NCBI GenBank assembly: GCA_016124955.1
Contig: WGMR01000004.1
Span: forward strand, 57,491-121,490
Source of the DNA: Alphaproteobacteria bacterium
GTDB lineage: Bacteria > Pseudomonadota > Alphaproteobacteria > UBA9219 > RFNS01
DNA length: 64,000 bases
Direction of reading: 5' to 3'
The notes beneath the pieces are model-generated. The model was not told the origin of the DNA. It ran no database searches and saw only the letters and a list, made by a program, of their open reading frames with translations. Both the position numbers and the translations under genes were made by a program. Positions within the stretch are counted from its first letter, which is position 1. Every line of letters begins with the position of its first letter. This document shows, piece after piece, positions 50,236-60,307 of this stretch.

Positions 50236-50970
50236 ATGACCGATGTTTCACGTGAAACATTCCTGACCCATTTTCCCGATGTTTCACGTGAAACATTGGA
50301 CAAGCTCGATCGCTATGCCGCGATGCTTACCGAATGGCAAAAGAAGATGAACTTGGTTGGTCCGGGCACGTTGTCCGAGATATGGACCCGCCATTTTCTG
50401 GATAGCGCGCAATTGATGCCATACCTGCCGCAATGGACCAGAAGCGTGACCGATATTGGCAGCGGTGCAGGTTTTCCCGGCATGGTGCTGGCAATTTTGG
50501 GTGCGCCACACGTAAACCTTATTGAAGCAACCCAGAAAAAGGCCCGTTTCCTTGAGGCGGTGGCAACAGAGCTTGGGCTTGAGGTGCATATTCATGCCGA
50601 GCGGTCCGAGCTTGTGCGCAACATACGGTCAAGCGTTGTGACGGCGCGTGCCGTGGCGCATATGGATGAGCTGATTCCCTATGCTTTCCCGTTTCTGGAT
50701 AAGGGCGGGATCATGATTTTCCTTAAGGGTCAGCATGTTGAAGAAGAATTGACAGCGGCAGCCAAAGATTGGCACTTTGAAGCCAGCAGGCATGCTAGCC
50801 TTAGCGATCCTTCCGGATTCGTATTGGTGTTGCAGGGCGTCGGCCATAATCAAAGCACCCGCAAGGATGTCCGTTGGCGCGGGCTGGGGCATGTGACCAA
50901 GGCGGGCGTTTCGACGCAAAAAGTTGTGACCCCGCCGCCGAAGCCGGAGCCCGACCCGGAGCCGAAATAG
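50236..50970 (+). CDS. rsmG: 16S rRNA (guanine527-N7)-methyltransferase RsmG (GidB)
   Basis: VSRETLDKLDRYAAMLTEWQKKMNLV...DIGSGAGFPG SAM-methyltransferase motif. Unusual Pro/Glu-rich C-terminal tail (VVTPPPKPEPDPEPK). Confidence 0.9.
   Translation: MTDVSRETFLTHFPDVSRETLDKLDRYAAMLTEWQKKMNLVGPGTLSEIWTRHFLDSAQLMPYLPQWTRSVTDIGSGAGFPGMVLAILGAPHVNLIEATQKKARFLEAVATELGLEVHIHAERSELVRNIRSSVVTARAVAHMDELIPYAFPFLDKGGIMIFLKGQHVEEELTAAAKDWHFEASRHASLSDPSGFVLVLQGVGHNQSTRKDVRWRGLGHVTKAGVSTQKVVTPPPKPEPDPEPK
50244..50259. promoter_or_regulatory. parS: parS centromere site (TGTTTCACGTGAAACA)
   Basis: Perfect consensus palindrome in the first codons of rsmG. Confidence 0.75.
50280..50295. promoter_or_regulatory. 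parS: parS centromere site (TGTTTCACGTGAAACA)
   Basis: Third perfect copy, 36 bp after the second, also within the rsmG 5' coding region. Confidence 0.75.
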
Positions 50971-51070
50971 GCGGGAGGACGGAAACAGGACCGCGCGATT
51001 GTAGTAATGTGTTATTATAATAATACAGTTTGCAGAAAGCCATAACCCGAAAGCAGCAAGGAAGCGCCGC

Positions 51071-51925
51071 ATGAGCTCAGATCAAACCAAGTCCGGCGGC
51101 GTCGCGCCCGGCATCACGCCGCCCGAACGGTGCCGCATCATCGCGATCGTTAATCAGAAAGGCGGGGTCGGCAAAACCACCACCACCGTCAATCTCGCGA
51201 CCGCGCTTGCCGCCGTCGGCATGCGGGTGCTGGTGGTCGATCTCGATCCGCAGGGCAACGCATCCACCGGTTTCGGCGTGCCGCGCAGCGCGCGCGAGCG
51301 TGGCGGCTATGAGATGATTTTCGACGGCATGAGCGTGGAAGACGTTGCGGCGGCGACGCCCATTCCGGGTTTGCAGATCGTGACATCCTCGGCCGACCTT
51401 GCGGGCGCCGAGATCCAGCTCGTGAACGCCGAGCGGCGCGAGAGCCGCTTGCGCGAAGCGCTCGAGCGCAGCGAAAAGGATTTCGATTACATCCTGATCG
51501 ATTGCCCGCCCTCGCTGAACCTTTTGACGCTCAATGCGCTCGTGGCGGCGCATAGCCTGATCGTGCCGCTGCAGGTGGAGTTCTATGCGCTGGAGGGCAT
51601 CAGCAACCTTGTGCAAACCGTGGAAGCGGTGCGCACGCGCTTTAACCCGGGGCTTGTGATCGAAGGCGTGGTGCTGACCATGTTCGACCGCCGCAACGCG
51701 CTTTCGGAAGCGGTTGCGAAAGACGTGCGCGATTATTTCGGTGACCGCGTTTTCACCACGGTGATCCCGCGCAATGTTCGCATTTCCGAAGCGCCTTCGC
51801 ACGGCAAGCCGGTTCTGCTTTACGATCTGAAATGCCCGGGTTCGCGCGCCTATATGCATCTCGCGAGCGAGGTTTTGAAGCGCGAAGGCAGGCCGCTGGG
51901 CGCGAGCGAAAGCGCCGTGGCGTAA
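51071..51925 (+). CDS. parA: chromosome partitioning ATPase ParA
   Basis: Deviant Walker A (NQKGGVGKTTT). Confidence 0.9.
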   Translation: MSSDQTKSGGVAPGITPPERCRIIAIVNQKGGVGKTTTTVNLATALAAVGMRVLVVDLDPQGNASTGFGVPRSARERGGYEMIFDGMSVEDVAAATPIPGLQIVTSSADLAGAEIQLVNAERRESRLREALERSEKDFDYILIDCPPSLNLLTLNALVAAHSLIVPLQVEFYALEGISNLVQTVEAVRTRFNPGLVIEGVVLTMFDRRNALSEAVAKDVRDYFGDRVFTTVIPRNVRISEAPSHGKPVLLYDLKCPGSRAYMHLASEVLKREGRPLGASESAVA

Positions 51926-51944
51926 TACTGAGGGAGAAAAAACC

Positions 51945-52928
51945 ATGACCAACAAAACCAACGCAGCGCTGAAAGATACGGGCAAGCCGGCCCCGCTGGG
52001 CCGCGGGCTCGCGGCGCTGTTCGGCGATGCCGACGCATCCTATCAGCAAGCGCCGGGCGCGCCTGCTACCGCTTCGGGCGCCGCCGCGCAAAGCCCCGCG
52101 CCGCAAACCGCGCCGCAAACCGCGCAGCAAAAAAGCCCGCAAACCATGCCGCTAAGCTGGCTGCAGCCCGGCCGCTTCCAGCCGCGCCGCCAGTTCGACG
52201 AAACCGCTTTGCGCGAACTTGCGGCTTCGGTGCGCGCGCGCGGCGTGCTGCAACCGCTGCTGGTGCGGCCGCTTGCCGAAAAAAATTCATACGAGATTGT
52301 GGCGGGCGAGCGCCGCTGGCGCGCCGCGCAGATCGCGGGCGTGCATGACGTGCCGGTGGTCGTGCGCGCGCTTTCGGACAAGGAAACGCTTGAGGTCGCG
52401 CTGGTCGAAAACATCCAGCGGCAGGACCTTAGCGCGGTCGAGGAAGCGGAAGGTTACCAGCGCCTGATGGATGAATTTTCCTATACGCAGGAAGACCTGG
52501 CCAAGACCGTGGGCAAGAGCCGCAGCCATGTGACCAACATGCTGCGCCTGCTTGGGTTGCCGCAAACGGTAAAAGATATGCTGGCCAGCGGCGCGCTCAG
52601 CCCCGGCCATGCGCGCGCGCTGATCGCGACCGACGACCCCGAAGCGCTGGCGAAGGCTATTGCGGAAAACAGCCTTTCGGTGCGCGATGCCGAAGCGCTT
52701 GCCAAGCGGCATGGCGACGGCAAGGCGCGGCAGGGCAAGAAAGCCGGCAAGGCGCAAAAGCGCGGCGAGATCCGCACCGCGGACGTGATCGCGCTCGAGC
52801 GCGATCTGGCCGCCACGCTCGGGCTCAAGGTTGCGCTCAAGGCCCGCACCGACGGCAGCGGGACGCTGACGGTGGCGTACAAGGATCTCGAGCAGCTCGA
52901 CGGGTTGATCGGGAAGTTGCGGGGGTAA
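51945..52928 (+). CDS. parB: chromosome partitioning protein ParB
   Basis: ParB box (GERRWRAAQIAG), HTH and C-terminal dimerisation region. Three parS sites lie about 2 kb upstream. Confidence 0.9.
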   Translation: MTNKTNAALKDTGKPAPLGRGLAALFGDADASYQQAPGAPATASGAAAQSPAPQTAPQTAQQKSPQTMPLSWLQPGRFQPRRQFDETALRELAASVRARGVLQPLLVRPLAEKNSYEIVAGERRWRAAQIAGVHDVPVVVRALSDKETLEVALVENIQRQDLSAVEEAEGYQRLMDEFSYTQEDLAKTVGKSRSHVTNMLRLLGLPQTVKDMLASGALSPGHARALIATDDPEALAKAIAENSLSVRDAEALAKRHGDGKARQGKKAGKAQKRGEIRTADVIALERDLAATLGLKVALKARTDGSGTLTVAYKDLEQLDGLIGKLRG

Positions 52929-53017
52929 ATTCTACCAGGCCGGGCATCGGCCACAGCCTAGCGAATTTCAAATAAAATCAGCCAAAAGAACGCCATCCTG
53001 TTAAGGCGCGCGCTCTT

Positions 53018-54031
53018 TTACCGCGCCACGGTGACGAGCGCCTGGGCGCAAACGGTTTCGGCGGGGATGCCGGTGCTTTTGCATTGCGCTTCCGCTTCGG
53101 CAAGGTGGACCAGCGCACGGGCGAGCCGCTCCGCGCTCCAGCGCTGCAGCTGCCGCACCATCGGCGTTTCGTGTTTCCAGAAAACGGGCGGGCGCAGCGA
53201 TTTGATCGCGTCGGTCGCGGTGCGGCCGCTATCCAGCGCCGCGCGCGCGAGCTGCAGGCGCAGCAAGTGCCGCTGCACCGTGCGCAGCAGCATCACGAAC
53301 GACATGTTTTCGGAAAGCAGCCGTTGCGCCAGCCGCGCCACCTCCCCCGGCGCGCCCGCGCCCACAGCCATCGCCAGCGCATCGAGCTCGGCCGCGCCGC
53401 CGTCGCCCAGCGCTTCGGCCACGTCGGCGCGCGAAATTTTTTGCCGCCCCATCGCGTAGATGGAAAGCTTTTCAAGCTCGCTTTTCAGCGCCATGCGATC
53501 GGCCGGCGCGGTTTCGGCCAGCAGGTCGAGCGCATCGCCGTCCGCCTCGAACCCCTGTTCGCGCAAAAGCGTGGCGATGGTGCGGCGTCGCGCCGGGCCG
53601 TCTTCGGTATAGCAGGCGATCGCCGCCGTCTCCGACCCGCCGCCCTCGCACAGTTTGCGTAATTTGGAATTTTTGCCGAGATCGCCGGCCTCGATCACAA
53701 GCAGCGTGTCGGTTCCCGGCAGGTTGGCGAGCAGGTTGGTGAGCGCGAGCGCGAGCCCGTCGCCCGCGCCCTGTATGTGCACGAGCCGCCGCCCGCCGGA
53801 AAGCGATTGCGCCGCCATTTCATCCATCAAAAGCGCAGGGTCTTCCGCCACCGTGCCGGGCGCGGGCGTAGCGACGCGGAACGGATCGTCCGCCGTTTCG
53901 CACGCGGTGCGCGCCAGCAAAAGGCCGCGCTCGCGCACGAGGCCGGCATCCGGCCCATAAACCAGCGCGACGCGCAGCGCGGCATCCGGGCTTTTCACAA
54001 AACTGTCGGTGCGGGCGGGCGCGATCTTCAT
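53018..54031 (-). CDS. holA: DNA polymerase III subunit delta
   Basis: Typical HolA length and N-terminal AAA-like fold (ALVYGPD...). Its start overlaps the upstream gene's stop. Confidence 0.8.
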   Translation of the reverse strand: MKIAPARTDSFVKSPDAALRVALVYGPDAGLVRERGLLLARTACETADDPFRVATPAPGTVAEDPALLMDEMAAQSLSGGRRLVHIQGAGDGLALALTNLLANLPGTDTLLVIEAGDLGKNSKLRKLCEGGGSETAAIACYTEDGPARRRTIATLLREQGFEADGDALDLLAETAPADRMALKSELEKLSIYAMGRQKISRADVAEALGDGGAAELDALAMAVGAGAPGEVARLAQRLLSENMSFVMLLRTVQRHLLRLQLARAALDSGRTATDAIKSLRPPVFWKHETPMVRQLQRWSAERLARALVHLAEAEAQCKSTGIPAETVCAQALVTVAR

Positions 54032-55281
54032 GACGGCACCGGCCCCGCTGGCGCGGCGGGCTGTTCGGGCTGCGGCGCGGGCGTTTCGCCGCCGTTATTG
54101 CCGCCGCTGTCGCCGCCGTCATCCTGCGCCGCGCCGGGATCGTTGCCGGATTCAATCGGGCAGGCTTGCGCGCCCGTTCCGGGCGGCAAATCGTTCAGCG
54201 CGGCGATATCGGCCCAGTATGCGCTTTTGCGCAAACGGCAAGTGAAGGATGCGAGGAATTCGGCGCGCCCCGCGATATCTTCTGGCCATTTGGCATCGAG
54301 TACTGCGATCGCCGCGGGCCAGCGACCGGCGTAGATATATTCGAGCATGATATCCCACAGCGCGACGGGCGGCAGCGGCGTGACGATGGTCGGGCCCACA
54401 AGCATGGTGTTGAAGGCCGGTTCCATCACCCAGTCTTCGGGCGCGATTTCCTGTTCGCGCTCGCGGATGCGCGCTTCATTCGCGCCGCGGCGCTTCATCA
54501 TCGCGCCGGAAAACCTGTAGCTGTCGGACGCCGCGTCGTAGGCGAAGATCACGCTCGGCATCGGCGAGCCTGCGAAGCTGGTGTTCCAGTAGGCGAATAC
54601 GGTATCGGCGGTGACAACCGACCAGGCTTCGGCCCCGTCGATGCGTTTTATTTCGGTGCCCGCATCCCCCGTGGGCAGCGTGAGCAAACGTTTGTAGCCG
54701 CCGGGCGCGAGCCGCGCGATGTAGGTCGTGTTGCAGCAATGCGCGCCGCCGGACCATGCCGTGATCACAAGCTCGTTCGCTTCGCCGCCCGTTATGGCCG
54801 CGAGCGGAAGCTCGTCGTTGTCCGGCATTGCGGGCGCTTCATTTTGTTCCGCTTCGTCTGTGTTTTCATTCGCATCCTCGCCAAGCCCGACCCATTCGAG
54901 CGATACGAGCTGGTCTTCGATCATATCGCGAATGGTGCCGCCGCGGCGGACCACGATTTTCTGGCTTTGCGCGAGGCCGGGGGAGCCATCGGGCTCCGGC
55001 GCCGTCCATTGTTCGACCGTGAAATCCTTATAGTCCCAGGATTTCTGGAGCTGCCAATCGAGCAAGGCTTCTTCGGGGCTTTGTGTTTGCGCGCCGCCAT
55101 CTTGCGCGGCTTCCGTGCTTGCGGGTTCGGTTGCTTTCCGGTCGTTGTTGGCCGCCCAAAACCATGGCTGCGTTTCCTGCGCATGGGCCGGCAGCGCCAG
55201 AGGCACAATAAAAAGGGCGAGGATAACGGGGCGGAGCATGGCGGGCATCATAACGCGTAATACGGCACGGCGTAAGCGCAT
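54028..55281 (-). CDS. secreted hypothetical protein with acidic low-complexity regions
   Basis: Signal peptide (...ALFIVPLALPAHAQ). Inserted between lptE and holA in the leuS-lptE-holA operon context. No family recognised. Confidence 0.5.
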   Translation of the reverse strand: MRLRRAVLRVMMPAMLRPVILALFIVPLALPAHAQETQPWFWAANNDRKATEPASTEAAQDGGAQTQSPEEALLDWQLQKSWDYKDFTVEQWTAPEPDGSPGLAQSQKIVVRRGGTIRDMIEDQLVSLEWVGLGEDANENTDEAEQNEAPAMPDNDELPLAAITGGEANELVITAWSGGAHCCNTTYIARLAPGGYKRLLTLPTGDAGTEIKRIDGAEAWSVVTADTVFAYWNTSFAGSPMPSVIFAYDAASDSYRFSGAMMKRRGANEARIREREQEIAPEDWVMEPAFNTMLVGPTIVTPLPPVALWDIMLEYIYAGRWPAAIAVLDAKWPEDIAGRAEFLASFTCRLRKSAYWADIAALNDLPPGTGAQACPIESGNDPGAAQDDGGDSGGNNGGETPAPQPEQPAAPAGPVPS

Positions 55282-55312
55282 CCCACCAGCGATTTGCGGT
55301 TTTTTTGCGGCT

Positions 55313-55840
55313 TTAACGGCTTGCCGGCGCTTTATCCATATTGGCCATGAACAGGCTAATACGGTTAATGAGCTTGTTTGATATATCGCGCAGCGCGCGA
55401 TCTTGCGCATTCTTTTCCGCAGCCAGCACCGCGTATTGCGCATCGACCCTGTTGTAGCTGGCGATGGCGTTGGTGTCGCCTTCAAGCAAGACCTTGCCGC
55501 TTGCCCTGTCGGAAAGCGCATAATGCGCCAGCATGTTCAGCTGCGACCGCGCCGAGGTGGCGTCTTTCCGGATCGCGAGATCGGCTTCGTAGCTTGTCAG
55601 CTTTACATCGAGCCGGTAATCGGTTTGCGCCGGGCGGCCGCCTATATACATGCGATCGATCAGCATGTTGCGTAATTTCTGGCCCGCGCGATCTTCGATA
55701 TTCTCGATATAAATACGGTTCATCTTTGCAGCCGTAGGCGCATCCGCACCCCCAGCGCCCGGGCCATAAACGGGGCTGAAACCGCAAGCGGCGAGCAGGA
55801 ACGCAAGGGCCGGAAGAAGGATGAGGCGACGGCGGGTCAT
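55313..55840 (-). CDS. lptE: LPS-assembly lipoprotein LptE
   Basis: Lipobox LLAACG; about 175 aa; the position directly downstream of leuS (4-nt overlap) is the conserved place for lptE. Confidence 0.65.
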   Translation of the reverse strand: MTRRRLILLPALAFLLAACGFSPVYGPGAGGADAPTAAKMNRIYIENIEDRAGQKLRNMLIDRMYIGGRPAQTDYRLDVKLTSYEADLAIRKDATSARSQLNMLAHYALSDRASGKVLLEGDTNAIASYNRVDAQYAVLAAEKNAQDRALRDISNKLINRISLFMANMDKAPASR

Positions 55841-58479
55841 GCCACAATGTTCACGATTTTATCGGGCACCACAATCACTTTCCGCGGCGCCGCGCCGGCA
55901 AGGATGCGCTGCACGTTTTCTTCGGCCAGCGCCGCCGCTTCCGCGCGCGCCTTGTCCGTTCCCGCGGGCAGCGTGATGGTGGCGCGCAGCTTGCCGTTCA
56001 CCTGCACCGCCATGGTGACCGTATCGCTGACGAGCAGGGTTTGATCCGCCTTCGGCCACGGCGTTTCGCACAGCATGGTTTTATGGCCGAGCCGCTGCCA
56101 CATTTCTTCGGCGATATGCGGCAGCATAGGGCCGACAAGCTGCGTCAGCGCTTCAAGCCCTTCGCGCAGCGCCCAGGCATCGCCCGCGTCGCTGCCGCCC
56201 GTCTCGCCGAGCGCGGCAAGCGCGTTCGATAGTTCGCGCACGCGCGCGACCGCCTTGTTGAAATGGAAGCGATCGTAATCGACCGTAATATCGGCGATGG
56301 TGCGGTGGATTTTGCGCCGCGCTTCCTGCGCGGCTTCGCTTAGTTTTGCGGGCATGGCCGTGCCTGCTGCCGGCAGCGGCAGCGCCGGTTCCACCACCAG
56401 GCGCCACAGGCGGCCCAGATAGCGCCATGCGCCGTCCACGCCGGCTTCGGTCCATTCAAGATCGCGTTCGGGCGGGCTGTCGGACAGCGTGAACAGGCGC
56501 GCGGTATCGGCGCCGTAGCTGCCGATGATGCGGCCGGGATCGACCACATTGCGCTTCGATTTGCTCATGACCTCGACGCGGCCGACCGTGACCGGCTTTT
56601 TCGTATCGACATGCTGCGCCGTGCCGTCCGGATTTTTGACGATCTCTTCGGGGTACAGCCATTTCCCTGCTTCGTCCTTGTAGGATTCGTGGCAGACCAT
56701 GCCTTGGGTGAACAGGCCGGTGAAGGGTTCGTCGATTTTCAGATGCCCGGTTTTTTTCATCGCGCGCGTGAAAAAGCGGGAATAAAGCAGATGCAGGATC
56801 GCATGCTCGACCCCACCGACATACTGATCGGCCGGCAGCCAGTAATCGCACGCCGCCGCATCGAGCGGCGCGCTTTCAAGCCCGGCGGAGCAGTAGCGCG
56901 CGAAATACCAGCTGCTATCGACGAAGGTATCGCAGGTATCGGTTTCGCGCACGGCCTTCGCGCCGCACGCGGGGCACGATACATTTTTCCAGGTCGGATG
57001 GTTGGCGAGCGGGTTGCCCGGCTTTTCAAGATCGACATCTTCGGGCAGCGTAACCGGCAGATCGGCGGAAGCGACCGGCACGGGCCCGCATTTCTCGCAG
57101 TGGATGATGGGAATGGGGCAGCCCCAGTAACGCTGGCGGCTGACGCCCCAATCGCGCAGACGGAAAAGCGTTGTGCCCTTGCCCGCACCCTGTTTTTCGA
57201 TTTGCGCGATCGCCGCCGCCTTGGCGGCTTCGACTTCCATGCCATCAAGGAATCCCGAATTTTGCAGCACGCCGGGGCCGGTATAGGCTTCATCGCCCAC
57301 CTTGAAGGCGGCGGCGTCTTCCCCCGCCGGGATCACGACAGGCTTAACCGGAAGATTATATTTGCGCGCGAAATCAAGATCGCGCTGATCGTGCGCGGGG
57401 CAACCGAAGATCGCGCCCGTGCCATATTCCATCAGGACAAAATTGGCGACATAGACCGGCAGGCGCCAGTTCGCATCGAAAGGATGCGCGACCATAAGGC
57501 CGGTATCGAAACCTTGTTTTTCCGCGGTTTCCAGCGCCGCCTCCGACGTGCCGGTGCGGTTGCATTCTTCGATGAAGCGCGCGAGCTGCGGGTTTTTTTC
57601 CGCGCAGGCGGCGGCGAGCGGATGGCCGGGCGAAAGCGCAAGGAACGACGCGCCGAACAGCGTATCGGGGCGCGTCGTGAAAACTTCTATATCGTTAGCG
57701 CGACTGCTCTGCGCTTCGCCAGCTTTTTGATTGCTCGCATGCGCTTCGCGCAACCGCGATTGCGCCTCATCGTCCGACAATTTGAAGCGCAACTGTGCAC
57801 CCTGCGATTTGCCGATCCAGTTTTCCTGCATCAGCCGGACCTTTTCCGGCCAGCGGTCGAGCGTGCCCAGCGCGGCAAGCAATTCGTCGGCGTAATCGGT
57901 AATTTTCAAAAACCATTGCGCGAGCTTGCGCTTTTCCACGAGCGCGCCGGAGCGCCACCCCCTGCCCTCGATCACCTGTTCGTTGGCGAGCACGGTGTTA
58001 TCGACCGGATCCCAGTTCACCACGCTTTCCTTGCGGTACACCAGCCCGGCCTTCATGAAATCGATGAACAGTTTTTGCTGGTGCTTGTAGTAAGCGGGAT
58101 CGCAGGTCGCGAGTTCGCGCGACCAATCGAGCGCGAGGCCCATGCGCTTCAGTTCGCCGCGCATGGTGTCGATATTACCGTAGGTCCATTTGGCCGGGTG
58201 GGTTTTGCGCTCGCGCGCCGCATTCTCGGCCGGCAGGCCGAAAGCATCCCAGCCCATGGGGTGAAGCACGTTGAACCCTTGCGCGCGCTTGGTGCGTGCC
58301 ACCACATCCGACAGCGTATAATTGCGCACATGGCCCATATGAATACGCCCCGAAGGATAGGGAAACATGGAAAGCACGTAATATTTCGGGCGCGCTTTAT
58401 CCTCGATCGCGCGGAAGGATTGCTTTTCCTCCCAGATCTTTTGCCATTTCTCTTCGGTTTCGGCGGGGTTGTAACGCAT
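55837..58479 (-). CDS. leuS: leucine--tRNA ligase
   Basis: HMGHVRNY (HIGH) and VMSKSKRN (KMSKS); 880 aa. Confidence 0.95.
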   Translation of the reverse strand: MRYNPAETEEKWQKIWEEKQSFRAIEDKARPKYYVLSMFPYPSGRIHMGHVRNYTLSDVVARTKRAQGFNVLHPMGWDAFGLPAENAARERKTHPAKWTYGNIDTMRGELKRMGLALDWSRELATCDPAYYKHQQKLFIDFMKAGLVYRKESVVNWDPVDNTVLANEQVIEGRGWRSGALVEKRKLAQWFLKITDYADELLAALGTLDRWPEKVRLMQENWIGKSQGAQLRFKLSDDEAQSRLREAHASNQKAGEAQSSRANDIEVFTTRPDTLFGASFLALSPGHPLAAACAEKNPQLARFIEECNRTGTSEAALETAEKQGFDTGLMVAHPFDANWRLPVYVANFVLMEYGTGAIFGCPAHDQRDLDFARKYNLPVKPVVIPAGEDAAAFKVGDEAYTGPGVLQNSGFLDGMEVEAAKAAAIAQIEKQGAGKGTTLFRLRDWGVSRQRYWGCPIPIIHCEKCGPVPVASADLPVTLPEDVDLEKPGNPLANHPTWKNVSCPACGAKAVRETDTCDTFVDSSWYFARYCSAGLESAPLDAAACDYWLPADQYVGGVEHAILHLLYSRFFTRAMKKTGHLKIDEPFTGLFTQGMVCHESYKDEAGKWLYPEEIVKNPDGTAQHVDTKKPVTVGRVEVMSKSKRNVVDPGRIIGSYGADTARLFTLSDSPPERDLEWTEAGVDGAWRYLGRLWRLVVEPALPLPAAGTAMPAKLSEAAQEARRKIHRTIADITVDYDRFHFNKAVARVRELSNALAALGETGGSDAGDAWALREGLEALTQLVGPMLPHIAEEMWQRLGHKTMLCETPWPKADQTLLVSDTVTMAVQVNGKLRATITLPAGTDKARAEAAALAEENVQRILAGAAPRKVIVVPDKIVNIVA

Positions 58480-58643
58480 GGTTAATCGGCGGCCTGCTGC
58501 AAATACGGGGTCTGGGGCCCGAATTTACAGCTTTTTTCCGCCCGCGCCAGAGGCAAGGCGGCGCGCCCTGCCTCGCGGGGGCGGTTTTTTCTGCTCCTTG
58601 CAAGTAAAAGCGGCTTTGCAGACGGCCTTCGCGCCGTTATAGA

Positions 58644-59090
58644 TTGCCCCCTTTTTCAGGGGCGGATTTGCGTATGAAGGGCATGAAGGCGAAAATTATG
58701 GCGCTGGCCGCCGCCGCGCTTGAACTTGGCGGCCCGCGCGCTGCCGCGCAGGAACCGGGGGCGGATACGCGGCCCGTTTGCACGCTGGCGGTTGATACGC
58801 GGGGCGCGCGCGAAACCGGCCTTGCCGCCTATGACGATCGTACCATGCCGGTCATTCAGGAAGGGTCGCTTGTAGCAATCGGCTTGCGCGCGGCGCTCGG
58901 CGAACAGGCATCCGGCCTTGTGACAAGCGGGCGGTGCGCGGAAGTGACCGTGGTTTCACGGCACGGCAATCCGCTCGCGATTGCCGGGTTCGATGCGATC
59001 GGGTACGGGGCCGAGCCGGTGCGCAGCGGCATCGAAGCCGAGCGCCGCGCGAATCTGGACGCCGGCGGGCCCGGCACGGGCCCGCGTTAG
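58644..59090 (+). CDS. hypothetical protein, possible signal peptide
   Basis: ORF with several candidate starts (58644, 58674, 58698). No family recognised. Confidence 0.35.
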   Translation: MPPFSGADLRMKGMKAKIMALAAAALELGGPRAAAQEPGADTRPVCTLAVDTRGARETGLAAYDDRTMPVIQEGSLVAIGLRAALGEQASGLVTSGRCAEVTVVSRHGNPLAIAGFDAIGYGAEPVRSGIEAERRANLDAGGPGTGPR

Positions 59091-59133
59091 TTTAATTTGC
59101 CGAAAAAACGAAAAACTTCAGGGAGAAACAAAG

Positions 59134-59412
59134 ATGCCGGACAACGCAAAACCGCAAGCCAGGACGCCGGAAGTCGGCACGTTCGTTTATCTCAGGGTGC
59201 GGGAAAGCACGGGCACAAAAATCCAGACTGTCGTGCATAAGGCCCGGGTGCTTGAGGTTACGCCGCTGACCGGCGATGCGCTTGCGCGTGCCCGCGCCGA
59301 GCATTGCGGACGCAGGCAAATCGGGCCGGGCGACCCGCTGATCAAGCTGCGCGTGCCGGGCGACGGGTGCAATTCTTTCCGGATGTGTTTGCGCGACGAT
59401 TTGGCGATGTAA
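59134..59412 (+). CDS. small hypothetical protein (92 aa)
   Basis: AGGGAG RBS 7 nt upstream of the ATG. Confidence 0.45.
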   Translation: MPDNAKPQARTPEVGTFVYLRVRESTGTKIQTVVHKARVLEVTPLTGDALARARAEHCGRRQIGPGDPLIKLRVPGDGCNSFRMCLRDDLAM

Positions 59413-59421
59413 GGACTTTGA

Positions 59422-59973
59422 TTACTTATCTTTTTGCGCCATGCGCATCTGGCGCGCGCGGGTAAGGATTGTTTCTTCGAGCTGCGCGCCGACCGAAGCC
59501 GCGACATCGGTATCGGCCCAGTTCCCGCTTTCGCCCTGAACCTGCTTGAAGGTTTTGACCCGCACGCCATCGGCCCGCAATTCGCGCGACAGGATGAAAA
59601 CGTTAAGCTTCAGGCGTTCTTCCGGGTGTTCGGGCGCGGAATACCAATCGGTCAGGATCACGCCGCCGAACGGGTCGGCCGAGGCGATCGGCATGAAAGA
59701 GACGGTATCGAGCGTGGCCCGCCATAAATAAGCATTGACCGTAAGGCCTGTGCTTTCATCTTTTGCATCCTCGCCGAGCAGCGTAAAACCGCCTTCATCG
59801 GAAACAAGGCTGCCATAACGGTATTGCTGGTCGCGCACCTTATCCGGAAATTCGCTTTCGCTGCCGGAAAGGCCACAGGCCGTTAACATCGCGGTAACAA
59901 CTGCCGCAAGGCCCAGAAAACGAAAGTATTGAAAGTAACGATGCGCGTTTATTGCCTGAGTTGATTTGTTCAT
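59422..59973 (-). CDS. lipoprotein of a conserved alphaproteobacterial family (possibly DUF3576)
   Basis: Signal peptide with lipobox LTAC. No catalytic motif recognised. Confidence 0.6.
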   Translation of the reverse strand: MNKSTQAINAHRYFQYFRFLGLAAVVTAMLTACGLSGSESEFPDKVRDQQYRYGSLVSDEGGFTLLGEDAKDESTGLTVNAYLWRATLDTVSFMPIASADPFGGVILTDWYSAPEHPEERLKLNVFILSRELRADGVRVKTFKQVQGESGNWADTDVAASVGAQLEETILTRARQMRMAQKDK

Positions 59974-60307
59974 GGCCTAACCTGTGGATAACTTTGACGA
60001 CTCGAGCATTTTGATATGGTTATAAACCAGAAAATCGGGGGGCAGGCAAGCTGGCCATGGGCGCTCCGCGGCTTGTTGCGATGATGCCACAGGTCCCCCG
60101 CTTGTCTTGAAAAACCCGTTTTACTGCTTGTCTGTGCAAGGCTTGGCAGGCAAATTCCCCAACGACGGGGCGTGTTGCCCTTAGTAAGTCCCAGTGATCA
60201 GTCCTCAATCATCAGCGCTACTCGCAATCAAGTAAGAGTTCGTTGATATAAGGGCAAGCCCCACTGGTTTGTTTGTTCACTCTTACCCACTCATGAAGGG
60301 GGAAAAC

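Noticed and set aside
56611-58485. 624-aa ORF antisense to leuS; similar long antisense ORFs at 31171..32028 (rho), 34076..35266 (AKR/hemH), 23293..24579 (hslU), 46675..48036, 12653..13828 (gshB), 60218..61525 (porin)
   Set aside because: All lie opposite strongly supported conserved genes. They have Arg-rich, low-complexity translations and no recognisable motifs. These are stop-codon-poor reverse frames of GC-rich coding DNA.
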